Origin: Myxococcota bacterium
GTDB taxonomy: Bacteria; Myxococcota_A; UBA9160; JAFDDA01
Direction: 5' to 3'
Assembly (NCBI GenBank): GCA_965228475.1
Contig: OZ245817.1
Location: forward strand, 320,001 to 384,000
DNA: 64,000 nucleotides
Shown here in pieces: positions 48,117 to 57,825 of the stretch (position 1 is its first letter; each line of letters opens with the position of its first letter). The translations under genes were made by a program, and so were the position numbers. The notes under the pieces are model-generated. The model saw only the letters and a program-made list of their open reading frames with translations, searched no databases and had not been told where the DNA came from.

Positions 48117-49153
48117 GCCGCGGGCAACACGTCGCAGGTCCGCAGGGTCGGCTCCCACGCGGCCGCGTGGACGCGGAGGGCCGTTCGGTAGCGGGACCAG
48201 ACGCCTTCGGGGGCGGTCGGGCTGAGTACCTGCTCGTGGTATCGGCGCACGTCTTCGTCGAGGGGGAGTCCGGCCTGCGAGCGTTCGTAGAGGATGGCGA
48301 GCGCTTCGAGCACGGAGCCGACGCCGCGGTCGATGCGCAAGGCGTCGGGCTGGACCCCCATGAGGTATTGCGTGCGGAAGGCGGCCGCGAGTCTTCCTTC
48401 GGTCGCGCCGCAGCCCCCGCGCCCATGAGCCGCGACGAGGGTGGAGACCGCGTCGAGCCCGCGGGTGAGGGTGTCGAGGCGCCGGAGCGCGAGGCCCAGA
48501 GGCTCGACGTGGCGCAGCTGCGCCAAGGCTTCCTCGAGCGAAACGGCGTCGCCGACCTCCCGCAACTCCCCGTCGACCAGGTGGGCGACCCGCAGCAGCG
48601 GCGGCTCGGCGTCCGCGAGCGCCACGCGCGCCATGGGGGCCTGCGTCGCGGTGAGGAGCGCCTCGACCTCCTCGGTGGTCCAGAGCGCGTTCCAGAGATG
48701 GCGCGGGAGGTCCTGCCGCTTGGCCGCGAGCATCGCCTCGAGCTTGGCGCGTCGGCTCTCCCCGGTTCCTTCGAGGCAGCGGTGGCCGACTTCGAGCACC
48801 TCGACCTCGTAGCGGAGGCGCCGGGTCGGCGGCATCACGCGGCCCATGGGGCTGTTGCGATAGCCGGCGAGCTCTCCGAGGCGGCAACCCTGGAGGGCGA
48901 GCAGGTCGAAGATTCCCATCGTCGGGCTCTCGACCTCGAAGCGGACGAGGCGACGGCGGGGCGGTGCGGTGTCGGCCGGAGGCGCCGGGGGCCCGGCGGT
49001 GCCTGCTCCGACGGCCTCGCGTACCGACGCGTGGTAGTCGGCGATGCGCTGCTCGAAGTCGGAGGTGCACCCGAGCGCGAGGCTGCCCGCGGCGACCAAC
49101 ACCAGGGTGGCGAGCGGGCGGGCTCCGGGCCCTTTCGGCGAGAACGGTTTCAC
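48113..49153 (-). CDS. DUF3080-like lipoprotein
   Basis: Lipobox ALGC; C.LGEL...RNSPMGRVMP...RL.YE; H...W..L..C C-terminus; start uncertain. Confidence 0.65.
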   Translation of the reverse strand: MKPFSPKGPGARPLATLVLVAAGSLALGCTSDFEQRIADYHASVREAVGAGTAGPPAPPADTAPPRRRLVRFEVESPTMGIFDLLALQGCRLGELAGYRNSPMGRVMPPTRRLRYEVEVLEVGHRCLEGTGESRRAKLEAMLAAKRQDLPRHLWNALWTTEEVEALLTATQAPMARVALADAEPPLLRVAHLVDGELREVGDAVSLEEALAQLRHVEPLGLALRRLDTLTRGLDAVSTLVAAHGRGGCGATEGRLAAAFRTQYLMGVQPDALRIDRGVGSVLEALAILYERSQAGLPLDEDVRRYHEQVLSPTAPEGVWSRYRTALRVHAAAWEPTLRTCDVLPAA

Positions 49154-49251
49154 CCTGGGAAGGTAAGCGGCAATCGTCGAGGTGCCCGTCGGGCACCGCG
49201 GCTGGCACATCGGCTCCGGGCGCCTAAGGTGCAAGCGCCGAAAGGAGCCCC

Positions 49252-49893
49252 ATGATCGACGTCTACGTCGGCCCGACGCCGAACGGCCGCATTCCGCTGC
49301 TGGCGCTCGAGGAGACCGGGGAGCCCTACCGGCTTCACAAGGTCGCGCTCTTCGAGGGCGCCCAGTACCAGGCCGAGTTCCTCGCCAAGAACCCCGCCGC
49401 CCAGATTCCCGTGATCGTCGACGACGCGGCGGACGGCGGTTCGTCCGTGACGCTCTCCCAGACGACGGCGATCCTTCTCTATCTCGCCGAAAAGACGAGC
49501 CAGCTCCTGCCCCCGAGCCCGGCGGACCGGGCTCGCGCGTTCGAAGCGCTCGCCCTTCACGCGACCGATCTCGCCCCGAGCTTCTACCTCGCGTACCACC
49601 TCGAGCGTCTGCTCGGAACGGACGACGCGGCCGTCCGGGATCGCCTCCGGATGCGCGGCTGGAAGTACTACGTCGTGCTCGACGGCTGGCTGAAGGAGCG
49701 GCCCTACCTCGGCGGCGACGATTGCTCGATCGCCGATCTCGCCGCCTTCCCCTGGGCCGAGATGATGGACCGGGAATCGCTCGCCAAGCTCGAAGGCCTG
49801 GCCGCGTGGCGCGAGCGGCTGTCCGAGCGCCCGGCCGTGCAGCGGGCGATGGCCCTGGACATCGGCCCCCCGCTGGGCTCCAGGGCCTCCTAG
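49252..49893 (+). CDS. Glutathione S-transferase (YfcG-like)
   Basis: TPNG, NPAAQIPVIVD, AILLYLAEKT, SIADLA.FPW, RPAVQR. Confidence 0.88.
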   Translation: MIDVYVGPTPNGRIPLLALEETGEPYRLHKVALFEGAQYQAEFLAKNPAAQIPVIVDDAADGGSSVTLSQTTAILLYLAEKTSQLLPPSPADRARAFEALALHATDLAPSFYLAYHLERLLGTDDAAVRDRLRMRGWKYYVVLDGWLKERPYLGGDDCSIADLAAFPWAEMMDRESLAKLEGLAAWRERLSERPAVQRAMALDIGPPLGSRAS

Positions 49894-50008
49894 CGCCCCG
49901 CGGGAGCCGGCTCCTGCGCTCCCGCCCGAGAAAGCGCAGAGCCGCTGCCATTTCTGGCCTCCGGGTGCGACCTATCTCCGGACCCGCGTTCCAGGCTCCG
50001 GAGGTTTC

Positions 50009-50665
50009 ATGCGCACCCCCCTGCTCTCGCTCGCCCTGGCCGTCTTGCTGGCCACGCCGGCCTCGGCCATCACCCTCGGCACCTTCGAGTTCGACGACAC
50101 CCGCTTCGGCAACTCGGTGGTCGAAAGCGACGGCGGCGCGTTCTCGGTCACGGGCTGGATGAACGCGAACGCCCCGGTCAACGCCGGGATGCCCGCTTCC
50201 CTGACGGGAGCCAACTTCGATACCGGCATCGCGAACATCGGGACCGGCGGTTTCGTGAGCTACACGATCGGCTACGACAACCCGATCGCCAACGACGCGG
50301 GCGACGACTTCGGCGTCGTGACCGCGCGCTTCAGCTTCGATGATTTCACCCTGGCCGTCTCGACCGACGGCGTCAACTTCACGGCGGATCAGATCCTGCC
50401 GTCCGCGAGCGGGATCAGCACGGGTGTGGGCCGCACGTACTACACGGAGTCGGGCGGTCCGTTCGCCTCGACCCTCTACGTGACGCCGATCGACCTCGAT
50501 GCGTTCGGGATCGGGGCGGGCGAGGAGATCGTCGCCATCCGCGTGGGCGGCGACACGCAGCTCGACCTCGTTCGCGTCGCGGCCTTCGGCGTTCCGGAGC
50601 CCTCGGCGCTCGCCCTGCTCGCGACGGTGGCGGGCGCGTTCGGCGTCCTGCGACGACGCGCCTAG
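50009..50665 (+). CDS. PEP-CTERM sorting domain protein
   Basis: Signal peptide (ASA); VPEPSALALLATVAGAFGVLRRRA. Confidence 0.85.
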   Translation: MRTPLLSLALAVLLATPASAITLGTFEFDDTRFGNSVVESDGGAFSVTGWMNANAPVNAGMPASLTGANFDTGIANIGTGGFVSYTIGYDNPIANDAGDDFGVVTARFSFDDFTLAVSTDGVNFTADQILPSASGISTGVGRTYYTESGGPFASTLYVTPIDLDAFGIGAGEEIVAIRVGGDTQLDLVRVAAFGVPEPSALALLATVAGAFGVLRRRA

Positions 50666-50740
50666 CGCCCCGAGCCCGCCCGGCCCGAACCGCCTAGACT
50701 CCGCGGCTCCACCGGCCCCGCGCCGCAGCCCGGAGACACG

Positions 50741-51022
50741 ATGCTCAAGGTCAACGAGTACTTCGACGGCAACGTCAAATCGATCGGCTTCCAGGGCCAG
50801 CCGCTCCCGGCTTCGGTCGGCGTGATGGCGCCCGGCGAGTACGAATTCGGAACGAGCGAGAAAGAGACCATGACCGTCGTGTCCGGCGCAATGACGGTCC
50901 GGCTCCCGGGCGAGACGGAGTGGCGGCGCTTCGAAGCGGGCCAGCACTTCGAGGTCGAAGCGGGCGCCACCTTCCACCTGAAGATCGACGCCGACTGCGC
51001 GTACCTCTGCACCTACGGCTGA
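50741..51022 (+). CDS. ppnP: Pyrimidine/purine nucleoside phosphorylase
   Basis: [36 protein letters not shown]. Confidence 0.93.
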   Translation: MLKVNEYFDGNVKSIGFQGQPLPASVGVMAPGEYEFGTSEKETMTVVSGAMTVRLPGETEWRRFEAGQHFEVEAGATFHLKIDADCAYLCTYG

Positions 51023-51025
51023 GCC

Positions 51026-51814
51026 GTGGAACTCGGACTCTCTCGAAGGACGGCGCTCGTCACCGGGAGCCATCGCGGCACGGGCCGGGCGATTGCTCGC
51101 GGTCTGGCCCGCGAGGGTGCGGACGTGGTCGTCCACGGTTTCGAGCCGGCCGCGGCGGAGGCCGTCGCCGAGGCGATCCGCGACGACGGAGGCCGCGCGC
51201 GCGCCGTGGCCGGGGAGCTCACGAGCGACGCCGGCGTCGAGGGGATCCGCGAAGCCGCCAGCCCCGTCGACGTGCTGGTCGCGAACTACGGCGTGGCAGA
51301 AGGCGGAGACTGGGAGAGTTCCTCGGCGGACTGGGTCGAGGCCTACGAGAAGAACGTGCTCTCCGCCGTGCGGGTGATCCACGCCTTCGTGCCCGGCATG
51401 CGCGAGCGGGGATTCGGGCGCGTCGTCTTGCTCGGCACCGTCGGCACGACCCGCCCCGCGGCGCGCATGCCGCACTACTACGCCGCCAAGTCGGCGCTTC
51501 CGAGCGTCTGCCTCAGTTTGGCCAAGGAGCTCACGGGGACCGGCGTCACCGTGAACCTCGTGAGTCCGGGCATCCTGGCCACCGAAGAAGTGCGCGCCGG
51601 GCTCACGGCCCGCGCCGAGCGCAAGGGCCGGAGCACGGCCTGGGAGGACGTCGAATGCGACGCCGCCGCGAACTGGATGCCGAACCTGGTCGGCCGCCTC
51701 GGCCGGCCCGAAGAGGTGGCGGACCTGGTCGCCTTCCTCGCGAGCGACCGCGCGGCCTTCCTGACCGGCGCCCAGTGGCGGATCGACGGCGGCGCCGCGG
51801 ACGTGGCGTTCTAG
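51026..51814 (+). CDS. Short-chain dehydrogenase/reductase
   Basis: ALVTGS.RGTG, YYAAK (YxxxK), VNLVSPG, TGA..RIDGG. Confidence 0.9.
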   Translation: MELGLSRRTALVTGSHRGTGRAIARGLAREGADVVVHGFEPAAAEAVAEAIRDDGGRARAVAGELTSDAGVEGIREAASPVDVLVANYGVAEGGDWESSSADWVEAYEKNVLSAVRVIHAFVPGMRERGFGRVVLLGTVGTTRPAARMPHYYAAKSALPSVCLSLAKELTGTGVTVNLVSPGILATEEVRAGLTARAERKGRSTAWEDVECDAAANWMPNLVGRLGRPEEVADLVAFLASDRAAFLTGAQWRIDGGAADVAF

Positions 51815-51826
51815 GACCCGCCCGGC

Positions 51827-52506
51827 TCAAGGCGTCGGCCGTTCGGCGAGTTCCGCCTGCACCTGCTCCCACCAGCGCTGCTGCTGCCTCGGGTGATGAC
51901 CCATCGACGTGTCTTCGTCGAAGCGGCGGCTGCGGAGAAGGACCCGCTCGCCGCCCTTCCGGACCTCCGCGTCGAGGAGCGCCTGCGCCGCCTGGGTCGC
52001 GGCGTGTGGATCGCCCGCTTCGGCGCTCAAGTGCGCCTCGATCCGGTTTCGCATGCCGTGGAGCCGCCGGGCCTCGAGCTCGAACAGCGCGAAGTGGATC
52101 TGCTCGTGCTGAAGGATGTACGCCTCGGGCACGCCGAGATCCTGCGGATTCCACCACGAGCAGCTCCGAAGCATCTGGGCTTCGAACCCGACGTTCTGCA
52201 GCGTGGCGCGGTAGCGCGTCGTTCCGCCCGGGCCCGCGATGGGAGTCGCGACGATCCGCGTCCTCGGGAGGGTCGTGATCACCGCGCAGGTGGCGGCGTT
52301 GAGCTGCGCGGCCGCAGCCGCGAACTCGGGCGGCGCCTCGGTTCCCCGGAAGTCGGCTCGCTCGAGCGTCCGGTACGGGATGGCCGCCGACCAGTCGATG
52401 CCGTGCAGGCCGGTGCCCGGATCTTCGGCGCGGCGTACTCGGGCAGCGTCGAGCACGAGAGCCACGCGAAGGCGAGGGGGAGGAGCAGGAGCGTTCGAGC
52501 GTTCAT
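51827..52506 (-). pseudogene. DUF922-like Zn-metalloprotease-like lipoprotein split by a 1-nt frameshift near 52410-52420
   Basis: Signal peptide + Cys (MNARTLLLLPLAFAWLSC) in one frame; IPYR.L...DF, SWW, HEQIHF, FDEDT, QQRW in the adjacent frame. Confidence 0.6.
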
Positions 52507-52519
52507 CGGCGAATGTCCT

Positions 52520-53299
52520 TCAGCCGAGGATCCGCGCGATCCAATGGATCCACGGCGGAAGCAGGAAGGCCCAGTAGCCGGCCATCCAGGTGAGGCCGAT
52601 CACGCCGCCCCAGGATTCCGCGTCGGTCCTCCGGTTGCGTTCGTGCATCGCGCGGTGGAGATGATCCCGGACCTCGGCCCGCGTGACCGGGGCTTCGAAG
52701 GGTCTCGTCTTCGCGTCGACGAAGAGCGATCGCAGGTGCATCGCCTGCCAGGGCAGATAGCCGAGGCCGAAGAGCAGGTTCAGGGTGAGCAGGGTTCGAC
52801 CGCCGTCGGGGCCGCCCTCCACGTTCCAGAGCAGCGCACTCGCCGCCGTGTTGGCGACGAAGATCACGAACCAGCCGAGTTCCTCCCAGACGTAGAGCAC
52901 GAGCCGGCCCGTCACGATCGCCCCCCAGACGAAGCCCTGGGAGATCACCGCTTCGAGCACCATCAGCCAGGAGAGTGCGTCGACGACGGCCGACCCTTCC
53001 ACGTTCAGCGTGCGGATCACGTGGGAGAACAGGTAGGCGTAGGAGATCTCCGAGAACGTCGCGAGCAGCCGCGTCACGAAGATCGAGGACGGCGGCGCGA
53101 CGTGGAAGACGACGTTGTCCTTGTACCGGTCCGGCAGCAGGCAGCGGTAGGCCGAGACCGCGAAGAAGATCGCCGCCGGCACGACGACGTGCGGGTCCGA
53201 ACCGCCGGAGCCGAGCCCCAGCGCGTGGGCGAGGAAGTAGAGGTTGAGCGGGACGCCCAGCTTGAGGAGCCAGAGGAAGACGGTGTAGTCGCGGTTCAC
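52520..53299 (-). CDS. Hypothetical multi-pass membrane protein
   Basis: About 7 hydrophobic segments; GC3-biased codons. Confidence 0.65.
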   Translation of the reverse strand: MNRDYTVFLWLLKLGVPLNLYFLAHALGLGSGGSDPHVVVPAAIFFAVSAYRCLLPDRYKDNVVFHVAPPSSIFVTRLLATFSEISYAYLFSHVIRTLNVEGSAVVDALSWLMVLEAVISQGFVWGAIVTGRLVLYVWEELGWFVIFVANTAASALLWNVEGGPDGGRTLLTLNLLFGLGYLPWQAMHLRSLFVDAKTRPFEAPVTRAEVRDHLHRAMHERNRRTDAESWGGVIGLTWMAGYWAFLLPPWIHWIARILG

Positions 53300-53336
53300 G
53301 GGAAGGACCCTTCTCGGGAGTCGCTGTTCGTTGCAG

Positions 53337-55982
53337 CTACTGGATGTCGGCTGCGGTGATCTCGGTCTCGATGAAGGGCCAACCGTTGCCGGAGCTGTAG
53401 AAGAGCCGGACGTAGAGGGTTCGGCCGTCGGTCGGAAGCCCGTCGACGGACGTCTGGGTGGCGGTGCCGAGGGATCCACTGTCGTAGAGGTCGCTCGCGC
53501 CGGGCGTGGAGCCGACGTAGAGCCACCACTCGTCGACGGGGGTTCCGTTCGCGTTCCAGTTGAGGTCGAGTGTGGCCCCCTGAAGCGTGGCCGGCGCCGT
53601 CATCTCGGGGGTCGCGGGCTCGATGTCGGCTGCAACGACCTGGGCTTCGACGAAGGGCCATCCGTTGCCCGAGCTGTAGAAGAGCCGGAGGTAGAGGGTT
53701 CGGCCGTCGGTGGGAAGCCCGTAGACGACCGTTTGGGCGGCGGTGCCGAGGGAGCCGCTGTCATGGAGGTCGCTCGCGCCGGGCGTGGAGCCGACGTAGA
53801 GCCACCACTCGTCGACGGGCGTTCCGTTGTCGCTCCAACTGAGCCCGAGTGCCGGCCCCGGGATCATCGCGGGGGCTGTGATCTCGGGCTCCACGGGCTG
53901 GATGTCGGCGGCGGTGACCTGGGTCTCGACGTAGGGCCAACCGTTGCCGGAGGTGTAGAAGAGCCGGACGTAGAGGGTCCGTCCGTCGGTGGGGAGCCCG
54001 TCGACGATGGTCTGGGTGGCGGTGCCGAGGGAGCCGCTGTCATGGAGGTCGCTCGCGCCGGGCGTGGAGCCGACGTAGAGCCACCACTCGTCGACGGGCG
54101 TTCCGTTGTCGCTCCAACTGAGCCCGAGCGCCGGCCCCGGAATCATCGCAGGGGCCGTGATCTCGGGCTCCACGGGTTGGATGTCGGCGGCGGTGACCTG
54201 GGCATCGACGTAGGGCCACCCGTTGCCCGAGGTGTAGAAGAGCCGGACGTAGAGGATCCGCCCGTCGGTCGGGAGCCCCTCGACGGTGGTCTGGGTGGCG
54301 GTGCCGAGGGAGCCGCTGTCATGGAGGTCGCTCGCGCCGGGCGTGGAGCCGACGTAGAGCCACCACTCGTCGACGGGCGTTCCGTTGTCGCTCCAACTGA
54401 GCCCGAGCGCCGACCCCGGGATCGTCGCAGGGGCGGTGATCTCGGGGATCGCGGGTTGGATGTCGGCGGCGGTGACCTGGGCGTCGACGTAGGGCCATCC
54501 GTTGCCCGAGGTGTAGAAGAGCCGGACGTAGAGGGTCCGTCCGTCGGTCGGGAGCCCCTCGACGGTGGTCTCGGTGGCGGTGCCGAGGGATCCACTGTCG
54601 TACAGGTCGCTCGCGCCCGGGGAAGACCCGACGTAGAGCCACCACTCGTCGACCGGGAGTCCGTTGTCGCTCCAACTCATGGCCAGGGTCGAACCGGGGA
54701 GGGTCGGGGGCGCCGTGATCTCGGGGATCACGGGCTCGATGTCGGCGGCGGTGATCTGGGTCTCGACGTAGGGCCAGCCGTTCCCATTGCTGTAGAAGAG
54801 CCGGACGTAGAGGGTGCGCCCGTCGGTCGGGAGCCCTTGGACGGTGGTCTGGGTCGCGGTGCCGAGGGATCCACTGTCGTAGAGGTCGCTCGCGCCCGGC
54901 GTGGACCCGACGTAGAGCCACCACTCGCTCACGTTGTGCCCGATGCCCTCCCAGGTGACCGTGGTCGAATCGCTGACGAGTTCGGTGAGCGGCGCCGGGC
55001 TCGTGATTTCCGGCGGGTCGTCCGGCGTGAACTGCGCCGTGAGCGTGTAGATCCCGGTCTCACCTTCATAGTAGGAAGTGGCATCGATGAAGTAGGTGCC
55101 CGGCGCAACCGGGAGAGAGATGTAGGAGTTGGTTCCGCCGCCTCCGTCATCGTTTTCGACCCGGATGTTTTGGGGCCCGCCCGTGAGGATCAGGTACGTG
55201 TCGAGCTGCACGGACGACATGGAGATCGTCAGCTGCCCCGGCACCGGGATGGTGAACCGATAGGCATCGAACAAGGTGTCGTCGACGCCGGAGGCTTCCG
55301 AGTGGAAACAATCGGTCGCCGCGAGCGTTCCTTGGATCGACGAGTACGGCGAGATCGTCTGTTCCTCGGAGCAGCCCCCGTAGAGCGTGTCGACACCAAC
55401 GATGTCGTCCCTCAGAGGGGCTTGGGTGTTCCCGATGAATGCCGCCATCAAGTTGGGAGCCGCGCTGTGCCCCAACCCCATGACGTGACCGAGCTCGTGA
55501 GCGGCGACGCGACGGAAGTCGATTGCGAACGAGGAGAGGGGGCCGTTGTAGACGTTCCAGTTCATGGTGGAGTTGCCGTTGAAGATGATGTCGCTCTCCA
55601 CGATCTTCGCGCCCAGGGTCGAGGTCAGCGTCACGGCCAGGCCGTTCGCGCCGAAGGAACCCCCACACACCGTCAACTCGAAATCCACTCCGTTTCTCTC
55701 GTCGGAGAGGCTGCACGGGCTGGAGAAGTTCGTGGTGGTCGAGAACTCGAAGACCGTGCTCGTATTCCACGAGGCGGCGGCCTGAGCGAAGGCGTCGTTC
55801 CACGAAATCCCGTTCGGGCTGACGTAGCCGTCGAAGGCGTTGAAGATGTCGCCGTGGACGGTGGTCGCGCCTCCGGGCCAGCGGATGTCGTTCAGGACGA
55901 AGGCGGAGCCCTTCGGAGCGAGCAGCATGGACGCGACCCCGATGAAGGCCGCCAGCGCGATGGATGCGGAACGGATCTTCAT
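53337..55982 (-). CDS. Matrixin (M10) zinc metalloprotease + PPC-like domain + six 93-aa repeats
   Basis: HELGHVMGLGH and Met-turn (NLMA); DTYLIL...ENDDGGGGTNS; WWLYVGSTPGASDL repeated six times. Confidence 0.88.
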   Translation of the reverse strand: MKIRSASIALAAFIGVASMLLAPKGSAFVLNDIRWPGGATTVHGDIFNAFDGYVSPNGISWNDAFAQAAASWNTSTVFEFSTTTNFSSPCSLSDERNGVDFELTVCGGSFGANGLAVTLTSTLGAKIVESDIIFNGNSTMNWNVYNGPLSSFAIDFRRVAAHELGHVMGLGHSAAPNLMAAFIGNTQAPLRDDIVGVDTLYGGCSEEQTISPYSSIQGTLAATDCFHSEASGVDDTLFDAYRFTIPVPGQLTISMSSVQLDTYLILTGGPQNIRVENDDGGGGTNSYISLPVAPGTYFIDATSYYEGETGIYTLTAQFTPDDPPEITSPAPLTELVSDSTTVTWEGIGHNVSEWWLYVGSTPGASDLYDSGSLGTATQTTVQGLPTDGRTLYVRLFYSNGNGWPYVETQITAADIEPVIPEITAPPTLPGSTLAMSWSDNGLPVDEWWLYVGSSPGASDLYDSGSLGTATETTVEGLPTDGRTLYVRLFYTSGNGWPYVDAQVTAADIQPAIPEITAPATIPGSALGLSWSDNGTPVDEWWLYVGSTPGASDLHDSGSLGTATQTTVEGLPTDGRILYVRLFYTSGNGWPYVDAQVTAADIQPVEPEITAPAMIPGPALGLSWSDNGTPVDEWWLYVGSTPGASDLHDSGSLGTATQTIVDGLPTDGRTLYVRLFYTSGNGWPYVETQVTAADIQPVEPEITAPAMIPGPALGLSWSDNGTPVDEWWLYVGSTPGASDLHDSGSLGTAAQTVVYGLPTDGRTLYLRLFYSSGNGWPFVEAQVVAADIEPATPEMTAPATLQGATLDLNWNANGTPVDEWWLYVGSTPGASDLYDSGSLGTATQTSVDGLPTDGRTLYVRLFYSSGNGWPFIETEITAADIQ
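53340..55020 (-). repeat. Six intragenic tandem repeats, 279-bp period
   Basis: GT(G/C)ATCTCGGG recurs near 53600, 53879, 54158, 54437 and 54716; near-identical DNA in the central copies. Confidence 0.92.
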
Positions 55983-56632
55983 GGTTTCGGTGCTGGGATC
56001 ATCCGGCGAAGCTGCTGCTTGAAGTCTTCCAGGCGCAAGGCCTCCGCGGGTTCCTCGGAGCTCCCCGGGGTCAGCCCCTCGGCGATGCCGCGACTGAGCC
56101 CGGTGGCGGCGGCCACGTTCCGGACGCTCACGATCGGCTGGAGGTCACTGGCATAGACGCGCTTCTGACCCTGGCTGTCTTCGACGATCCGGAGATGCCC
56201 TTGCGCCCAACCGAACAAGGGGTGGATCAGCCGCTGAGCGAGTGATTCGACGAAGTAGACGCCGCGTTCACCCGTGGCCGGCATCGTCATGTCGGACACC
56301 TGGAGGCGGCGCTCGTCGATGCGGCCCCCGAGAAAGCGCAGCTCGATGGTCGGCTCGGACCAGCTCCCCTTCAGCACCTCGGAGACTTCGAACCTCACGA
56401 AGGTGTAGATCAGGCGATCGTTCTCTGGATCGCTCTGGGCTCTCGAGGAGAGGGCCCTCCCCTCGAAGACGAGCTCGGAGCCCGCGATCATCTCCACGAT
56501 GCTGGTCGCCCGCACGCTCGAAGCGACCAGGCCCGGGAGGCAAAGGAGGAGCGCGAGGAGGAACCCCGCACGGCTCCGAGCGGCGGGACGCAGGCGAGAA
56601 GGGATGAGCGTGGGGGGGTGCAAAGAGTCCAC
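55979..56632 (-). CDS. Exported hypothetical protein coupled to the matrixin gene
   Basis: Hydrophobic signal; SELVFEG, IYT.V.FEV.EVLKG, LGG, GE..V.F; stop overlaps the matrixin ATG; start uncertain. Confidence 0.65.
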   Translation of the reverse strand: MDSLHPPTLIPSRLRPAARSRAGFLLALLLCLPGLVASSVRATSIVEMIAGSELVFEGRALSSRAQSDPENDRLIYTFVRFEVSEVLKGSWSEPTIELRFLGGRIDERRLQVSDMTMPATGERGVYFVESLAQRLIHPLFGWAQGHLRIVEDSQGQKRVYASDLQPIVSVRNVAAATGLSRGIAEGLTPGSSEEPAEALRLEDFKQQLRRMIPAPKP

Positions 56633-56786
56633 CTCCGGAGGGAACTCTCTCCATTTTACGTTCGACCGCGTCGCTTGGGGGGCCTTTCGAGCGGGTCGCG
56701 TCAGGCGTGGCCGTAGGCCCGTGAAGGAGACTTTCCGTCGCACCCCCGCAGAACGTTCTTCCCGTCGAGCGATCGCGCCGCGGTGT

Positions 56787-57650
56787 CTAGGAGGCCCGCG
56801 CGCGCGCGAGGCCCAGGCCGAGGAGGACGAGCAGCGCCACCGACGGCTCCGGCACCGGGCCGCCCGAGGCGCCGAAGCCCCCGAACCCGCCGAAGCCCCC
56901 GCCGCTTCCGCCCGGCCCGGAGCACTCCGGGGCCGCGGTCGGCGATGCGCAGAGATCCATGTCCCACTGGAAGGCGCCGGCCACGTCGTAGGCGCCGGGC
57001 GCGCCCGTGTCGTTCAGGTCGAAGCTCGTGGTGATCTGCGTGAGGACGTTGCCCAGGGTGTCCGCGGTGTAGCCACTCGGGTTGTAGGCGCCGCGCTGCC
57101 CGCTGATGCCGCCGGTCCCCGCAATCTCGATCAGCGTCGCGGGGCCCGCGATCTGGCTGATCGTCGCTCCGTCCATCGTCGGGTCGTCGCCGACGTTGTA
57201 GTCGAAGACGTTGAACAGGCTGACCGAAAGAATCGGGAACGCGGAGAGCGGGTTCACGCCGCGGAAGAGCGATCCGTTCCAGGCGAGGTCGGGCAAACCA
57301 TCGGGGCCGACGGCGGTGATCCCGTAGGTGAGGTTCAGCACGAAGGACTCGCCGAGGAAGTTGAAGGTCGACGTCAGGGAATCCTGGCTCGTTCCGTTCC
57401 CCAGGGAGGTGAAGTTCGTGAACTCGTGAATGATGCCGAAGTCCGCGAGGTAGAGGAGCCAACCCTCGTGGGGGTGACGGTTCTGGGTGAACAGCGGATG
57501 CGAGACGTCCGTGTTCTCGGTGGACGACGCGACGCTGATGGTCGTCTCCCAGTCGAGCGAACCCTGCCCGTCGACGAGGTCGACGAGGAGCGCGTGCGCC
57601 GGGCTCGAAACGAGAAGGGCCAGGGTGAAGACCGCGACGAGTCGACTCAT
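56787..57650 (-). CDS. PEP-CTERM protein with Gly-rich linker
   Basis: Signal peptide (AHA); GGSGGGFGGFGGFG linker; VPEPSVALLVLLGLGLARAR. Confidence 0.85.
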   Translation of the reverse strand: MSRLVAVFTLALLVSSPAHALLVDLVDGQGSLDWETTISVASSTENTDVSHPLFTQNRHPHEGWLLYLADFGIIHEFTNFTSLGNGTSQDSLTSTFNFLGESFVLNLTYGITAVGPDGLPDLAWNGSLFRGVNPLSAFPILSVSLFNVFDYNVGDDPTMDGATISQIAGPATLIEIAGTGGISGQRGAYNPSGYTADTLGNVLTQITTSFDLNDTGAPGAYDVAGAFQWDMDLCASPTAAPECSGPGGSGGGFGGFGGFGASGGPVPEPSVALLVLLGLGLARARAS

Positions 57651-57825
57651 GGTTCATCCGTCCATGGCAGTGGGATCCGAGGATCGACCCATCGACCCGC
57701 GCTCCCCAGGGACGCTCACCCTCTCAGGATCCCGGGTCGATCTCAAGCCGAAAGCCCGCGCCGTGCAGGAGAACGCCACATCAGCGAGATGGGGCTCGCT
57801 CCCCCGCAGGGCTAGTCTTTCGGCG

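Noticed and set aside
53340..55020. Regular repeats as a possible CRISPR array
   Set aside because: 279-bp in-frame coding repeats with no unique spacers and no cas genes
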